NCBI GenBank assembly: GCA_963785305.1
Contig: CAWAUV010000007.1
Coordinates: 1,312,001-1,376,000 of the forward strand
Origin: an uncultured Planctomycetaceae bacterium
GTDB taxonomy: Bacteria > Planctomycetota > Planctomycetia > Pirellulales > PALSA-1355
DNA length: 64,000 bases
Direction: 5' to 3'
Part shown: positions 53,636-64,000 of the stretch, piece by piece
Numbering within the stretch: position 1 is the stretch's first letter
Layout of the letters: every line of letters starts with the position of its first letter
Translations under genes and position numbers: made by a program
Notes under the pieces: model-generated
Told to the model about the DNA's origin: nothing
Seen by the model: only the letters and a program-made list of their open reading frames with translations
Databases searched by the model: none

Positions 53636-53696
53636 CCCTCTCCCGTTTGGGAGAGGGCGGGCGTAAGGGTTCAAGGGTTCAAGGGTTCAAGGGTTC
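53636..53696. repeat. CCCTCTCCC/GGGAGAGGG hairpin followed by 4 x AAGGGTTC tandem octamer
   Basis: Hairpin 53636-53657; perfect octamers 53665-53696; intergenic. Confidence 0.85.
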
Positions 53697-53831
53697 ACGG
53701 AAGTTGGAGTGTCCCCTTGTGTCGCGGCGGTTGGGCCGAGAAGATAGGGCGAAGCGCGAGCTAGGCGCCGCGATCCGCGAGCCCGCCTGCGATCCGCCAA
53801 AAAAACGAATTCCGCCAAGCGAGAGGTTTCG

Positions 53832-55044
53832 ATGAGCGAAGACATGCACGAACTGACCCGGGAACTGCACGTCAAAAATGATTCGAAGATCGTGATGCTG
53901 GTGGCCGATGGCCTTGGCGGACTGCCCATGGCCGGCGGCGACAAAACCGAACTCGAAACCGCTTTCACGCCCCATCTCGACCGACTCGCCGCGATCGGAG
54001 TCTCGGGGCTGAGCATTCCGGTGAAGCCGGGAATCGCGCCGGGCAGCGGACCGGGCCACCTGGGACTGTTCGGCTACGATCCGCTCAAATATCGCATCGG
54101 CCGCGGAGCTCTTGAAGCCACGGGCATCGGCTTCGAGCTCGGTCCAAACGACGTCGCCATTCGCGGCAATTTTTGCACGCTCGACGCCGAGGGCCGCATT
54201 TCCGATCGCCGAGCCGGCCGCATTTCCAGCGACGAAAGCGCTCCGCTCGCGATGCGGCTGAGGCAGGTGAAGATCGAGGGGGTCGAGGTGTTTGTCGAGC
54301 CGGTCAAGGAGCATCGGTTCGTCGCCGTGTTGCGAGGGCCCGGCCTGGGCGGCGATGTGCATGACACCGATCCGCAAGCGACCGGAGTCCCGCCGCTGGC
54401 GCCGCGGGCCGGCAATGCGGCGAGCGAGAAAACGGCCCGCGTGGCCGCCGAGTTTATCGCCCAGGCCCAAAAGCTGCTGTCCGGCGAGAAGAAGGCCAAC
54501 GGTCTGACGCTGCGCGGATTTTCGGCGAAGCCCGCCCTGCCGAGCTATGAAGAGGTCTACGGACTCCAGGCGGCCGCGATCGCCGTGTATCCCATGTACA
54601 AGGGTCTCGCGCGACTAGTGGGCATGCAAGTGATCGGCCAGGCGCAAACGCTCACCGAGCAAATCGATGTGCTTACCGAGCACTGGAAGGACCATGATTT
54701 TTTCTTCATCCACTTCAAATACTCCGACAGCACCGGCGAAGACGGCGCGTTTCGGCGCGAAGGTCAAAAAGATCGAAGAGCTCGACGGCGCGATTCCGCG
54801 CATCACGGCGCTCAAGCCCACGGTGCTGATCGTGACCGGCGACCACTCGACCCCGGCGTTTCTGAAAAGCCACTCCTGGCATCCGGTGCCGACGGTGCTG
54901 GTGTCCGACTGCTGCCGGTCCGACGCCTGCAAGGGGTTCGGCGAATCGGAAGCGCTCCGCGGCGGCCTGGGACAATTCGAAGCGAAATACCTGATGCCGC
55001 TGGCCCTATCCAATGCCGGCCGCATGGGAAAATACGGCGCTTGA
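53832..55044 (+). CDS. apgM: 2,3-BPG-independent phosphoglycerate mutase, ApgM type (frameshift near 54755)
   Basis: VADGLGG, TELETAFTPHLD, PGSGPGHLGLFGYDP, GRGALEA, HFKYSD..GEDG, TGDHSTP..HSWHPVP. Confidence 0.93.
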
Positions 55045-55130
55045 TCGATCGCGCTCTGTCCCACTCGCTGCCTGGATCGCCGTGATTTGAGTCGAATCGC
55101 AACCGCCCCTGTTGGACAGCCGGCCCGATC

Positions 55131-55589
55131 ATGATGCCCGACGACGCGTATGATGATTTTGGTCAACGCCCAGCGGCGGCGTATCGCGACGCCGCCGAGG
55201 ACGACAACCACCTGCGACTGCTTTCGATCTTCCATTATGTCGTCGCCGGCATCACCGCGTTGTTTGGCTGTTTTCCGTTCATTCATCTGACGCTCGGCAT
55301 CGCGATGCTCACCGGCGCCTTGCCCCAAAACCGGCCGGGGGACCAGGAGGCGATGACGTTCATCGGCGGCATGTTCGTCGTGATCGCCGCGATCATCATC
55401 GCCTGTCTTTGGACGCTCGCCGCGGCGATGTTCTTCGCGGCGCGAATGCTCGCCGCGCACCGCCACTACACCTATTGCCTCGTCGTGGCGGCAATCGAAT
55501 GCTTGCTCATGCCGTTTGGCACGGTGCTCGGAGTGTTCACGTTGATCGTGCTGACGCGCCCCTCGGTAAAAGCGGACTTCGGCCAATAA
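55131..55589 (+). CDS. Integral membrane hypothetical protein
   Basis: Several hydrophobic helices; HLRLLSIFHYV...PFGTVLGVFTLIVL.RPSVKA.F. Confidence 0.8.
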   Translation: MMPDDAYDDFGQRPAAAYRDAAEDDNHLRLLSIFHYVVAGITALFGCFPFIHLTLGIAMLTGALPQNRPGDQEAMTFIGGMFVVIAAIIIACLWTLAAAMFFAARMLAAHRHYTYCLVVAAIECLLMPFGTVLGVFTLIVLTRPSVKADFGQ

Positions 55590-55746
55590 GCGGCAAGCCG
55601 GACCGGCGGGCGCCGCGGGCGGCGGCTTGACAAACCGACGGGCGCGACGCAGAATCCAGCACTCGTTCGGCGCCCGATTCGGGGCTTCGTTTGAATTTCC
55701 CGGCGCCCCCCCTGCCCTCTCCGACCCACGATCGCGAAACGCTCTT

Positions 55747-56139
55747 ATGCCGCTCGAAGGTTTTGCAACCGCCGTCCATGCGGAATATCTCGCTCCCGGC
55801 GCGGGAATCCTTCCCCCGGACGATATCCTTTCGTCGCCAGGCGATTGCCGCGCGTTTTTGGTTCCGGGCAGCGATCCATCGCCAATCGATCCCCGCCCGA
55901 GGCCGCCCGTCGTGGCGACCGACGAGGACGACGACGAGGACCTGCCGGATGTCGACCCCGCTGATGTCGTGCCGGTGATCGATCCGGTCGATGATTTCGA
56001 CGAAGATGACTTCGACGACGACTTCGACGACGACTTCGAGGAAGAGCTCGACGACGACGATGACGACGACTCGACGCCGCCCGAAATCGACGACGACAAA
56101 GACGACGAGGATTTCAACGAAGAAGTCGATGACGAATGA
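55747..56139 (+). CDS. Hypothetical protein with very acidic C-terminal tail
   Basis: DDFDEDDFDDDFDDDFEEELDDDDDDD...; start uncertain. Confidence 0.6.
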   Translation: MPLEGFATAVHAEYLAPGAGILPPDDILSSPGDCRAFLVPGSDPSPIDPRPRPPVVATDEDDDEDLPDVDPADVVPVIDPVDDFDEDDFDDDFDDDFEEELDDDDDDDSTPPEIDDDKDDEDFNEEVDDE

Positions 56140-56140
56140 A

Positions 56141-56175
56141 CTAGCAGCCTGTTGAATTATTCAAGAGGCGGCTAG
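56141..56175. repeat. 35-bp CTAG-flanked palindromic element, copy 2
   Basis: CTAG-CAGCCTGTTGAATTATTCAAGAGGCGG-CTAG, immediately after a stop codon. Confidence 0.75.
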
Positions 56176-56258
56176 GCGAGGCCGGGACCGAAGGCTCGCC
56201 CGGCCGGGGCGCCTTCCATCCTCTCGGGCTTTGATTTGGCTTGATCGAAGTTGGTTCC

Positions 56259-57470
56259 ATGGATTCGTCGTCGCTTGAGTTGTCGCGGGAAATCGCCCGC
56301 GGCGAGTTCGTCTTTGCCACCTGCCAAGTCGGCGCCGAGGTCGCGCTCAAGGCGGAAGTGGCCACGCTGAAGCCCGAATGGCGACTGGCGTTTTCCCGGC
56401 CGGGCTTTCTCACGTTCAAAACCGCGGGCCCCGTCGATCTTTCCGAGTCGCTCGGAGCAGTGTTTGCCCGAAGCTGGGGCCTTTCGCTCGGCAAGGTCGA
56501 ATCCGGCGGCGGCGAAGGCGATGGCGTCGAAGCGAGCTCGCTCGACGCATTGGCTCAAAAAGTCGTGCGATTCGTCGATCGGGCCGCGTTCGACCGATTG
56601 CATGTTTGGCAGCGTGACACGGCGCCGGCCGGCCGTGGCGCCTTCGAGCCCCTGCCGACGCCGCTCGCCATCGAAGCCAAGTCCGCGGTCGCCGCCGCGC
56701 TTCAGGCCGCGCAGCCGGAAGCCGGCTCGCGGGGGCCATTATCCCTATCCCTCGGACCGGCGACGCTCGGAGAACGCGTGCTCGACTGCGTGATCGTCGA
56801 GCCGGGCTCCTGGTGGATCGGCTGGCACTCGGCCACGCTCGATCCGGCAACCTGCTGGGAAGGCGGCGCCCCGACGATCGAACCGCCCAGCGAACCGATC
56901 TCGCGCGCGTATTTCAAAATGGAAGAGGCGCTCCGCTGGTCGCGCCTTCCGGCCCAGGCCGGCCAGCGCTGGGCCGAGATCGGCTGCGCTCCCGGCGGCG
57001 CCAGCCAAGCCCTGCTCCAGCGCGGCATGCATGTGCTGGGCCTCGACCCGGCCGAAGTCGATCCGCGGCTCGCCGAGGAGCCGCGGTTCAAGCATTTGCG
57101 CATGCGGGCCGCCGATGCCCGGCGACGCGAATTTCGCGATATTCGCTGGCTCGCCGCCGATATCAATGTGGCGCCCGAATACACGCTCGACGCCGTGGAG
57201 GCGATCGTCGGTCATTCCTCGGTGTCGATCGAGGGCCTCCTGCTCACGCTCAAGCTGCTCGACTGGCGGCTGGCGGCCGAAGTGCCGGCGTATCTCGAGC
57301 GGATTCGCTCTTGGGGCTATCCTCGGGCGCGGGCTCGGCAACTGGCTTTTAACCGCCAGGAAATTTGCGTGGCGGCTCTGCGAGAGCCCCAGCGCCGCCC
57401 GAGCGGTCGCAGCCGCGCGAGCAAACAGAGCTCGCCCAGCCGGCTCAAGCCGCGGCGCAAGCGGCTGTGA
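56259..57470 (+). CDS. RlmM/FtsJ-like SAM-dependent RNA methyltransferase
   Basis: ISRAYFKMEEAL, EIGCAPGG, VLGLDPA, WLAADIN, TLKL. Confidence 0.85.
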   Translation: MDSSSLELSREIARGEFVFATCQVGAEVALKAEVATLKPEWRLAFSRPGFLTFKTAGPVDLSESLGAVFARSWGLSLGKVESGGGEGDGVEASSLDALAQKVVRFVDRAAFDRLHVWQRDTAPAGRGAFEPLPTPLAIEAKSAVAAALQAAQPEAGSRGPLSLSLGPATLGERVLDCVIVEPGSWWIGWHSATLDPATCWEGGAPTIEPPSEPISRAYFKMEEALRWSRLPAQAGQRWAEIGCAPGGASQALLQRGMHVLGLDPAEVDPRLAEEPRFKHLRMRAADARRREFRDIRWLAADINVAPEYTLDAVEAIVGHSSVSIEGLLLTLKLLDWRLAAEVPAYLERIRSWGYPRARARQLAFNRQEICVAALREPQRRPSGRSRASKQSSPSRLKPRRKRL

Positions 57471-57508
57471 CCCGAGGATCGGAAGCGGCGCCGGCGATGC
57501 GGATGGCG

Positions 57509-57823
57509 TCACTCGGGCAGGGCGACTTGAATCGCATCGCCCTCGACGCGCGTCGGATACACATCGGTGTTGATCCGCGGATTGTCGCGCCAACAGCCAT
57601 CGGTCACGCGAAAGCGCCATCCATGCCAGGGACACGCCACGGTCTCTTCGCAGAGATCGCCCTCGGCCAGCGATGCGCCCTGATGGGGACAAATATCATT
57701 GATCGCGGCATACCTTCCCTCGCCAAGATTGAACACGGCCACAAGCTGATCGCCCACGGGAAAGGCCCGGCCCGAGTTGGGCGGAATATCGCCGACTTTG
57801 GCGACGGTCACGAAGGCTGGCAT
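57509..57823 (-). CDS. Rieske [2Fe-2S] ferredoxin
   Basis: CPHQG...CPWHGWRF. Confidence 0.93.
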   Translation of the reverse strand: MPAFVTVAKVGDIPPNSGRAFPVGDQLVAVFNLGEGRYAAINDICPHQGASLAEGDLCEETVACPWHGWRFRVTDGCWRDNPRINTDVYPTRVEGDAIQVALPE

Positions 57824-58149
57824 GTGCTCTCTCTCGGGGCTCGGGGGTCGTTTGTGTTTGCGCGGCGCTGGACAGCGGCTTCCGGCGCCGCGCTGCGGTA
57901 ACAGACCGCTAAAAGCATGGGAAGTGGCCGCGTTCGTGTCAAATCGGTCGCGACGCAACCGCTAGGGCCGCGGCGCGAGGTTCCAAGATTGCCGCAACAT
58001 CGGTCGCCAATACCGGGTCGCCCACGGAATGCGCCGCCAATTCGGAAATCGTCGCTTCTGGCACATGTCTTGCAACAAAGGTTTTGTTAATACAAACGGC
58101 CGCGAGCCAACCCGAAAAACGATGTTCTGCCTCGGAAGGAGCAACAATC

Positions 58150-58383
58150 ATGGCCAGCGAAGAACATGGCGAATGGGGCCTCTGCAAGGACTGCAAATGG
58201 TGGCAAATCGAGCCGAAAGCATCGGCCGAAAACCTGACGCTGGGCCTCTGCATCGACGAAGAGTTGCAGCCCTACAAGCTGCGAGTGTCGGGCAATAGCG
58301 GCTGCAATCGCTTCATGTCCGGAAAGCCCGCCCATGCCCGCGGCTCGAGCGCCGCGCCGCCGACAGCCGAGCCGGCGCGATGA
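58150..58383 (+). CDS. Small four-cysteine protein
   Basis: AAGGAG RBS; CKDCKWW...GLC...GCNRF. Confidence 0.75.
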   Translation: MASEEHGEWGLCKDCKWWQIEPKASAENLTLGLCIDEELQPYKLRVSGNSGCNRFMSGKPAHARGSSAAPPTAEPAR

Positions 58384-58577
58384 GAACTCCGCCGTCCAGG
58401 CGACGGCGACCCGTGTTTTTTTTCCCGCGACTCGCGAGATAGCCATCCGACGTTGATTTTGACAAATCGGATGTTTACATAGCAAATGGTAGCCGGGCGA
58501 CAGACCCAAGAGTTTGGCGCTCGGCTACCATTTTTGCCGCGCGGAGCGTGGCATTCTTCCCCCGGGGGGAAGAGCCT

Positions 58578-59741
58578 TCACTTCTTTTTCCTCGAGCCCG
58601 ATGTTTTGGCTTTCGGCTTGGTCTCGCCCGAGTCGAATTTCACCATTCGGAGCACCGACTTTTCCTTGTCGACCTCGAACTTGAATTTGCCCAAGAAACT
58701 CATGCCCAGCAGCGCGGGTGCGTTCACCGCCCGGGCGTCGAGCACGATGCACTCCACATCGTCGACGATGAACTTCCCAACTCGCACCGAGGGAATTGTC
58801 GTCAGGGTGGCGGGCGCCGTGCTGCCATCGGCCAAGCCGACCGTGATCTTTTGATCTTGCGACTTCGGTTCAATGCCCACTTCCTTGGCCAGGGCATAGG
58901 GCAATGAAATGGCCGTGGCCCCGGAATCGACCACGAGCTTTTTGCGATGCGTGCCATTGAACACCACATCGACCCACATTCCGCCTTGCTCGAGCGCGAG
59001 CGGAATCGCCTCGGTAAGCATCGTGTGCTCCAATGCTTGGAGTCGCTTTTCCGTGGCGACGAAGCCGGCGCCGGGGGTCAATTTGAGCTTGGTTCCCGCG
59101 GCGGCGTTTTCCGCTTCGACCGCTTTTTGCAAGGCCGGGTCGGCGGCGAGCTTTGTCCATTGCTGGGAGATACTGTCGGCCAGCACGCGCATGCCCATGA
59201 GTTGCTCGATGAAGGTCTCGCGGAGATCGCTTGATTTGGCGCGGGCCGTCTTCAGCCGGTCGCCTTCGCTTTTTTGCTTCTCGATCAGGAGGTCGACCTG
59301 GCCGGCCACCGCGTTGAGCGCGCCGACGAGTTGATTATGCTGCACCGGGTCGTTGGCCCCCGTGAGCGCGGCGCTCAGTTCGACATGCTTGGTCTTGAGC
59401 TCCGTGATCTGACGTTTGATCTCCTCGATGCCGGCTTCGATCTCTTGCGACTCCTGCTCGGCCTCGACCAGCGCCTTCTTTTGGACCGCCGCTTCGCGAA
59501 GCTGCTTGGTGAGCGTGGCTTCGTCGGCTAGCGAGAGCGAACTGCCCACGGCCTTGAGCCCGGCGGCTTCGAGCGCGGCTTTATTGGGACTGGCCGCCGG
59601 CTTGTCGGCCGAAGTTTTTCTGACCGGCGTCGCTGGCGCATCGGCGGCTTGCGCCGCGCCCGCGGCCAAGACGCCGCAGCCGGCCAGGGCAATCGCGAAC
59701 CGAAAACCGCCGCCGAAGAACCGCAAGTGCGATCGTTGCAT
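58578..59741 (-). CDS. Exported coiled-coil + clan AA (retropepsin-like) aspartic protease
   Basis: Signal peptide; VVDSGAT; LADGS; ALLGMSFL. Confidence 0.9.
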   Translation of the reverse strand: MQRSHLRFFGGGFRFAIALAGCGVLAAGAAQAADAPATPVRKTSADKPAASPNKAALEAAGLKAVGSSLSLADEATLTKQLREAAVQKKALVEAEQESQEIEAGIEEIKRQITELKTKHVELSAALTGANDPVQHNQLVGALNAVAGQVDLLIEKQKSEGDRLKTARAKSSDLRETFIEQLMGMRVLADSISQQWTKLAADPALQKAVEAENAAAGTKLKLTPGAGFVATEKRLQALEHTMLTEAIPLALEQGGMWVDVVFNGTHRKKLVVDSGATAISLPYALAKEVGIEPKSQDQKITVGLADGSTAPATLTTIPSVRVGKFIVDDVECIVLDARAVNAPALLGMSFLGKFKFEVDKEKSVLRMVKFDSGETKPKAKTSGSRKKK

Positions 59742-59921
59742 GGGAATCACGGCCCTGTAGTTTGCAAACGGAATGAAAGGCGCCTGGAAAGAAATGTCGG
59801 TCAACACGCGGCGGCGAGGCACGGACGAAAAATAACTTCCTGTTCGCGACAATCCGCCGCTGGAAACGCATCGCCGGAGGATTGCCACCGAAAACGCGCC
59901 GCCAAAAACGCGGGCCGCTCT

Positions 59922-62684
59922 CTACTTCGATTCGCCGAGCAGCTTGCGAAGCACGGTCTGCAAGATGCCCCCATTGCGGTAGTATTCTAACTCGACCGGC
60001 GTATCGATGCGAGCTTTCGCCTTGAACTGCTTGGTTTCGCCGCCCGGTGTCGCGGCCAACACTTCGAGCTCGGCGCCGGGCTGGAACGCGGCGTCGAGGC
60101 CGTGGATCGTAAACAGTTCCTCGCCGGTGAGGCCGAGCGATTGCCACGTTTGGCCCTGCGGAAATTCGAGCGGCAAAACTCCCATGCCCACCAAGTTGCT
60201 GCGGTGAATGCGTTCGAAGCTCACGGCGATCACGGCCCGCACCCCGAGCAGAAATGTGCCCTTGGCCGCCCAATCGCGACTGCTGCCGGTGCCGTATTCG
60301 CTGCCCGCGAGCACCACCAGCGGCGTGTGCTCGGCTTTGTATTTCATCGCCGCGTCGTAAATGCTCAGCACTTCGCCATCGGGCAGGTGGCGCGTGACGC
60401 CGCCTTCGGTTCCGGGCGCCAAATGATTGCGAATGCGTATATTGGCGAATGTGCCGCGGGTCATCACTCGGTCGTTGCCGCGGCGGGCGCCATAGCTGTT
60501 GAAGTCGACCGGCTCGATGCCATGTTCCCGCAGAAATCGCCCGGCGGGACTCTTGGCCGCGATCGATCCGGCCGGAGAGATATGGTCGGTGGTCACCGAA
60601 TCGCCGAGCATCGCGAGCACGCGTGCTTTTTCAATCGGTTGCACCTGCTTCGGCTCGCGATTCAGGTCGACCAAGAACGGCGGCTCTTGGATATAGGTGC
60701 TCGCCGAGTCCCATTCATAGAGGTCGCCTTCGCTCGTGGGCAGCGCGTTCCATTTCTCATTCGAGCCGAGCACATTGCTATAGCGCTGGCGAAACATTTC
60801 CGGCAGCACGCTTTGTTCGACCGTGGCGGCCACTTCCTGGGCCGTGGGCCAGATTTCCTCGAGATACACCGGCTTGCCCTCGCGATCGGCCCCGAGCGGT
60901 TCGTGCAGTAGATCGACTTCCGTCGACCCGGCCAAGGCATAAGCGACCACCAGCGGCGGGCTGGCCAAATAATTGGCTTTGACCAGCGGATTCACGCGAC
61001 CCTCGAAATTGCGATTGCCGCTCAATACCGCCGACGCCACGAGATCGCCCTCGGTCACGGCCCGCGCCACCACCTCCGGCAGCGGGCCGCTATTGCCGAT
61101 ACAGGTCGTGCAACCATAGCCCACGGTGTTGAAGCCGAGCGCGTCGAGCGACGCGGTGAGCCCCGACTTATCGAGATAATCGGTCACGACGCGCGAGCCC
61201 GGAGCGAGGCTCGTTTTCACATAGGGTTTGACTTTCAGCCCTCGGGCCACGGCTTTTTTGGCCAGTAGCCCAGCGGCCACCATCACCGAGGGATTGCTCG
61301 TATTGGTGCAGCTCGTGATCGCCGCGATCACCACGGCGCCGTGGCCGATATCGCAGGTTTCCTTGGGCCCGCCGCAAGTCGATGCTCCCTCGGCCGCCAC
61401 ATGGCCGGTGCGCTCGAGCGCGGCGCTATCCAGGGCAAAGCCGCGCTCGGAGATCGGCGCCGAGAGCGCCTTGCGAAACGACTCTTTCATCGACCGCAGC
61501 GGCACGAGGTCTTGCGGACGCTTGGGCCCCGCCATGCTTGGCTCGACCTTCGCCAGATCGAGCGACATGGTCTTGGTGAATCGCGGCGGCGGCGAGCCAT
61601 CGGCCCGGAACAGGTGGTTTTCCTTGGCGTAGCGTTCCACGAGCGTGACTTCCGCGGCGGTCCGGCCGGTGCGGCGCAGATACTCGAGCGTCTCGACGTC
61701 GAAGGGAAAGAAGCCCATCGTGGCGCCATATTCGGGCGCCATATTGCCGATCGTGGCCCGGTCGGCCACTTTCATGTGCGACACGCCGGAGCCGAAGAAC
61801 TCGACGAACTTATTCACCACGCCGGCCTTGCGCAGAATCTGCGTCACGGTGAGCACCAGATCGGTGGCCGTGGCGCCGGGGGGAAGCTCGCCCGTGATTT
61901 CGAAACCGATCACTTCGGGCAGGAGCATATAAAGCGGCTGCCCGAGCATGACCGCTTCGGCCTCGATGCCGCCCACGCCCCAGCCCACCACGCCCAGGCC
62001 GTTGATCATCGTGGTGTGGCTATCGGTGCCCACGAGCGAATCAGGCACGGCCACGCGAGTCTTGCCACCGGTATGCGGATCGTCGCGCAGGAACACGCCC
62101 TTGGCCAGATACTCGAGGTTCACCTGATGCACGATGCCGACCGAAGGCGGCGTGACCCGAAAGTTTTGAAACGCCTTTTGTCCCCAGCGCAGGAATTCAT
62201 ATCGCTCGCGATTGCGGTCGAATTCCATGTCGACATTGAACTGGAGCGAGTCGGCGGCGCCGTAGTGGTCGACCTGCACCGAATGGTCGATCACGAGGTC
62301 GACCGGAATCAGGGGATTGATTCGTTTCGGGTCGCCGCCGAGACGGCGCATGGCTGCCCGCATGGCGGCGAGGTCCACGACGCAAGGCACGCCGGTAAAG
62401 TCTTGAAGCACGACCCGCGCCGGTTTGAAGGGAATTTCGACTCGAGCCGGCGCCGCGGCGTTCCAAGCGGCAATGTTCGTGATGTCGTCGGGCATGACCT
62501 GAAAGCCGTCGCAGGTCCGCAGCGCGGCCTCGAGGAGCACGCGAATCGAATACGGCAGTTCGGACAGCTTGGCTAGGCCCTGTTTTTCAAGCGCTTCGAG
62601 CCGGTAGACTCCGGCCTTTCCCTCGCCCGTTTCGAATTCGCCGCGGGCGCCGAAGGGATCGTTTTTGGAAGTGTTGCCAGTCAT
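59922..62684 (-). CDS. acnA: Aconitate hydratase A
   Basis: [64 protein letters not shown]. Confidence 0.97.
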   Translation of the reverse strand: MTGNTSKNDPFGARGEFETGEGKAGVYRLEALEKQGLAKLSELPYSIRVLLEAALRTCDGFQVMPDDITNIAAWNAAAPARVEIPFKPARVVLQDFTGVPCVVDLAAMRAAMRRLGGDPKRINPLIPVDLVIDHSVQVDHYGAADSLQFNVDMEFDRNRERYEFLRWGQKAFQNFRVTPPSVGIVHQVNLEYLAKGVFLRDDPHTGGKTRVAVPDSLVGTDSHTTMINGLGVVGWGVGGIEAEAVMLGQPLYMLLPEVIGFEITGELPPGATATDLVLTVTQILRKAGVVNKFVEFFGSGVSHMKVADRATIGNMAPEYGATMGFFPFDVETLEYLRRTGRTAAEVTLVERYAKENHLFRADGSPPPRFTKTMSLDLAKVEPSMAGPKRPQDLVPLRSMKESFRKALSAPISERGFALDSAALERTGHVAAEGASTCGGPKETCDIGHGAVVIAAITSCTNTSNPSVMVAAGLLAKKAVARGLKVKPYVKTSLAPGSRVVTDYLDKSGLTASLDALGFNTVGYGCTTCIGNSGPLPEVVARAVTEGDLVASAVLSGNRNFEGRVNPLVKANYLASPPLVVAYALAGSTEVDLLHEPLGADREGKPVYLEEIWPTAQEVAATVEQSVLPEMFRQRYSNVLGSNEKWNALPTSEGDLYEWDSASTYIQEPPFLVDLNREPKQVQPIEKARVLAMLGDSVTTDHISPAGSIAAKSPAGRFLREHGIEPVDFNSYGARRGNDRVMTRGTFANIRIRNHLAPGTEGGVTRHLPDGEVLSIYDAAMKYKAEHTPLVVLAGSEYGTGSSRDWAAKGTFLLGVRAVIAVSFERIHRSNLVGMGVLPLEFPQGQTWQSLGLTGEELFTIHGLDAAFQPGAELEVLAATPGGETKQFKAKARIDTPVELEYYRNGGILQTVLRKLLGESK

Positions 62685-62951
62685 GGTGTTTTTACGCCTC
62701 TTTGCCACTCGTTTACGGGAACCGGATCGAGACGGGTGGGGGATTGGGAATGATTGTAACGAATCGACCACGCCTTGTCTGGGGAGCGCCGGCAAGTTCG
62801 CGGGGCGCAAAGAAAAACTCGCGCCGCTTTATGCTTGCTCGTCGGCTGGATGAACCTAGATTTGCGTGGTTCCCCCCGACCGCCCGCGCTCCGCGGCGCG
62901 ATGTCGATCCGCGACCACTTTCCCTTGCCCCGAAGCCGGCGATCGTCCCCC

Positions 62952-64000
62952 ATGCCAGAATCTCCGTCGAATGAAGAGAGTGTTTTGGCCCGGCTCATGA
63001 GCCAAGCCAAGGCAAGCATGACAGACTCGGGCAGTTTTCCGGCCCTGCGCGGCGGGCCGCAACCCGGACCCGCGACCAAACGCGAGGACAAGCTGGAAGA
63101 GCTGGTCCGCCGGATTCAAGAGATCAGCGGCGGCGCCGCGCGAGGACCGGCCGCCGAGCCTTCGACGCGCGCCGAATTGCTTGTCCGCTCCGAGGGCTCC
63201 GGCAAATCCGAAACCGCCTCGAAACCGGCCCTGTCGGCGAGCTTTCCGCCCGCGAATTTCGCGTCGAACAATTCGCCACCCGCCGGAATCGCCGAACAAC
63301 GCGCCGTTGAATTCAAACCGGCCGGGCTCTCGGCGCCCGATGTTCTCGCGGCCTCGGGCGCCCACTTGCTGGGCGCGGCGGCGTTGGCCGCGCGTCCGAC
63401 GAGCATTGCCCGCGGCGTGGCGGAGCCCGAAGTCTTTATTCCCAAGGACCCCACCACGCTGCTCGAGGCCCAGCTCAGCGAAAGCGAAGTCGAGGCGCTG
63501 ATCCTCAAGCTGCTCCTGGCACGCGGCGAATCGACCGGTCGCTCGGCGGCCGAACACATCCGGCTTTCGTTCCGACTGCTCGACCACTTGCTCTTGCAAA
63601 TGAAGCAAGACTATTTGGTCGTACACAAGGGCGCGGCCCCGATGAACGACTACACGTATCAACTCACCGATTTGGGCCGCGAGCGGGCTCGGCGGCTCTG
63701 GGCGCATTGCACCTATTTCGGCGCCGCGCCGGTTTCGCTCAAGGACTATTTGGAAGCGGTCAAACTCCAGTCGCTCACCCAGCAGCATCCCACGGTCGCG
63801 CATCTGCGCCGCGCGTTCGAAGACCTCGTGATCAACCCGCGCACCCTCGAACGGCTCGGACCGGCGATCAATTCCGGACGCGGCCTGTTTCTCTACGGCG
63901 CCGCGGGCAACGGCAAAACGAGCATCGCCGAACGCGTGACCAAGGCGTTTGGCGAAACGATCTGGATTCCGCGGGCCATCGGCATCGACGGCGAAATCAT
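62952..64000 (+). CDS. AAA-type P-loop ATPase, 3' end outside the window
   Basis: Hand translation MPESPSNEESVLARL...YFGAAPV...LGPAINSGRGLFLYGAAGNGKTSIAER. Confidence 0.8.
   Translation, partial: MPESPSNEESVLARLMSQAKASMTDSGSFPALRGGPQPGPATKREDKLEELVRRIQEISGGAARGPAAEPSTRAELLVRSEGSGKSETASKPALSASFPPANFASNNSPPAGIAEQRAVEFKPAGLSAPDVLAASGAHLLGAAALAARPTSIARGVAEPEVFIPKDPTTLLEAQLSESEVEALILKLLLARGESTGRSAAEHIRLSFRLLDHLLLQMKQDYLVVHKGAAPMNDYTYQLTDLGRERARRLWAHCTYFGAAPVSLKDYLEAVKLQSLTQQHPTVAHLRRAFEDLVINPRTLERLGPAINSGRGLFLYGAAGNGKTSIAERVTKAFGETIWIPRAIGIDGEI

Noticed and set aside
1858..55044. Widespread pseudogenisation or programmed frameshifting (16 or more split genes)
   Set aside because: Breaks are single-base indels spread evenly, including in housekeeping priA, recG, rnhA and apgM, with motifs intact on both sides; best explained as sequencing error.

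Overview
High-GC bacterial chromosome window, very probably Planctomycetota (Pirellulales-like), judged from a LESR-type extracellular N-terminal motif, a planctomycete-type ECF/Ser-Thr kinase pair and an ISKra4-like IS. At least 16 genes, including housekeeping priA, recG, rnhA and apgM, are split by 1-bp indels. I read these as uncorrected long-read errors and joined the fragments; most long opposite-strand ORFs in the track are GC-rich shadows. Layout: (1) 1-5.4 kb, a dedicated chaperone operon (large helical protein, HPD-less J-domain protein, GrpE-like, Hsp70), then ogt. (2) 6.7-28.6 kb, the most notable region: three signal-peptide TPR-CHAT proteases, three signal-peptide C14 caspase-like proteases, an ECF sigma factor, a membrane Ser/Thr kinase with C-terminal TPRs, and a secreted papain-fold (Tox-PL-like) toxin. 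It shows tandem duplication, a homogenised but site-variable 126-bp TPR array, a 326-bp conversion tract and a clean domain deletion. (3) 28.7-34.8 kb, small accessory genes with a 92-bp perfect direct repeat around one of them, plus a secreted glycoside hydrolase. (4) 34.9-64 kb, mostly core genes (recG, rnhA, two histidine kinases, priA, nadD, apgM, acnA), an intact IS with TIRs and 9-bp TSD, and a SelA-like protein lacking its PLP lysine. No rRNA, tRNA or CRISPR array was seen. All family calls come from motif recognition by eye, not database searches.
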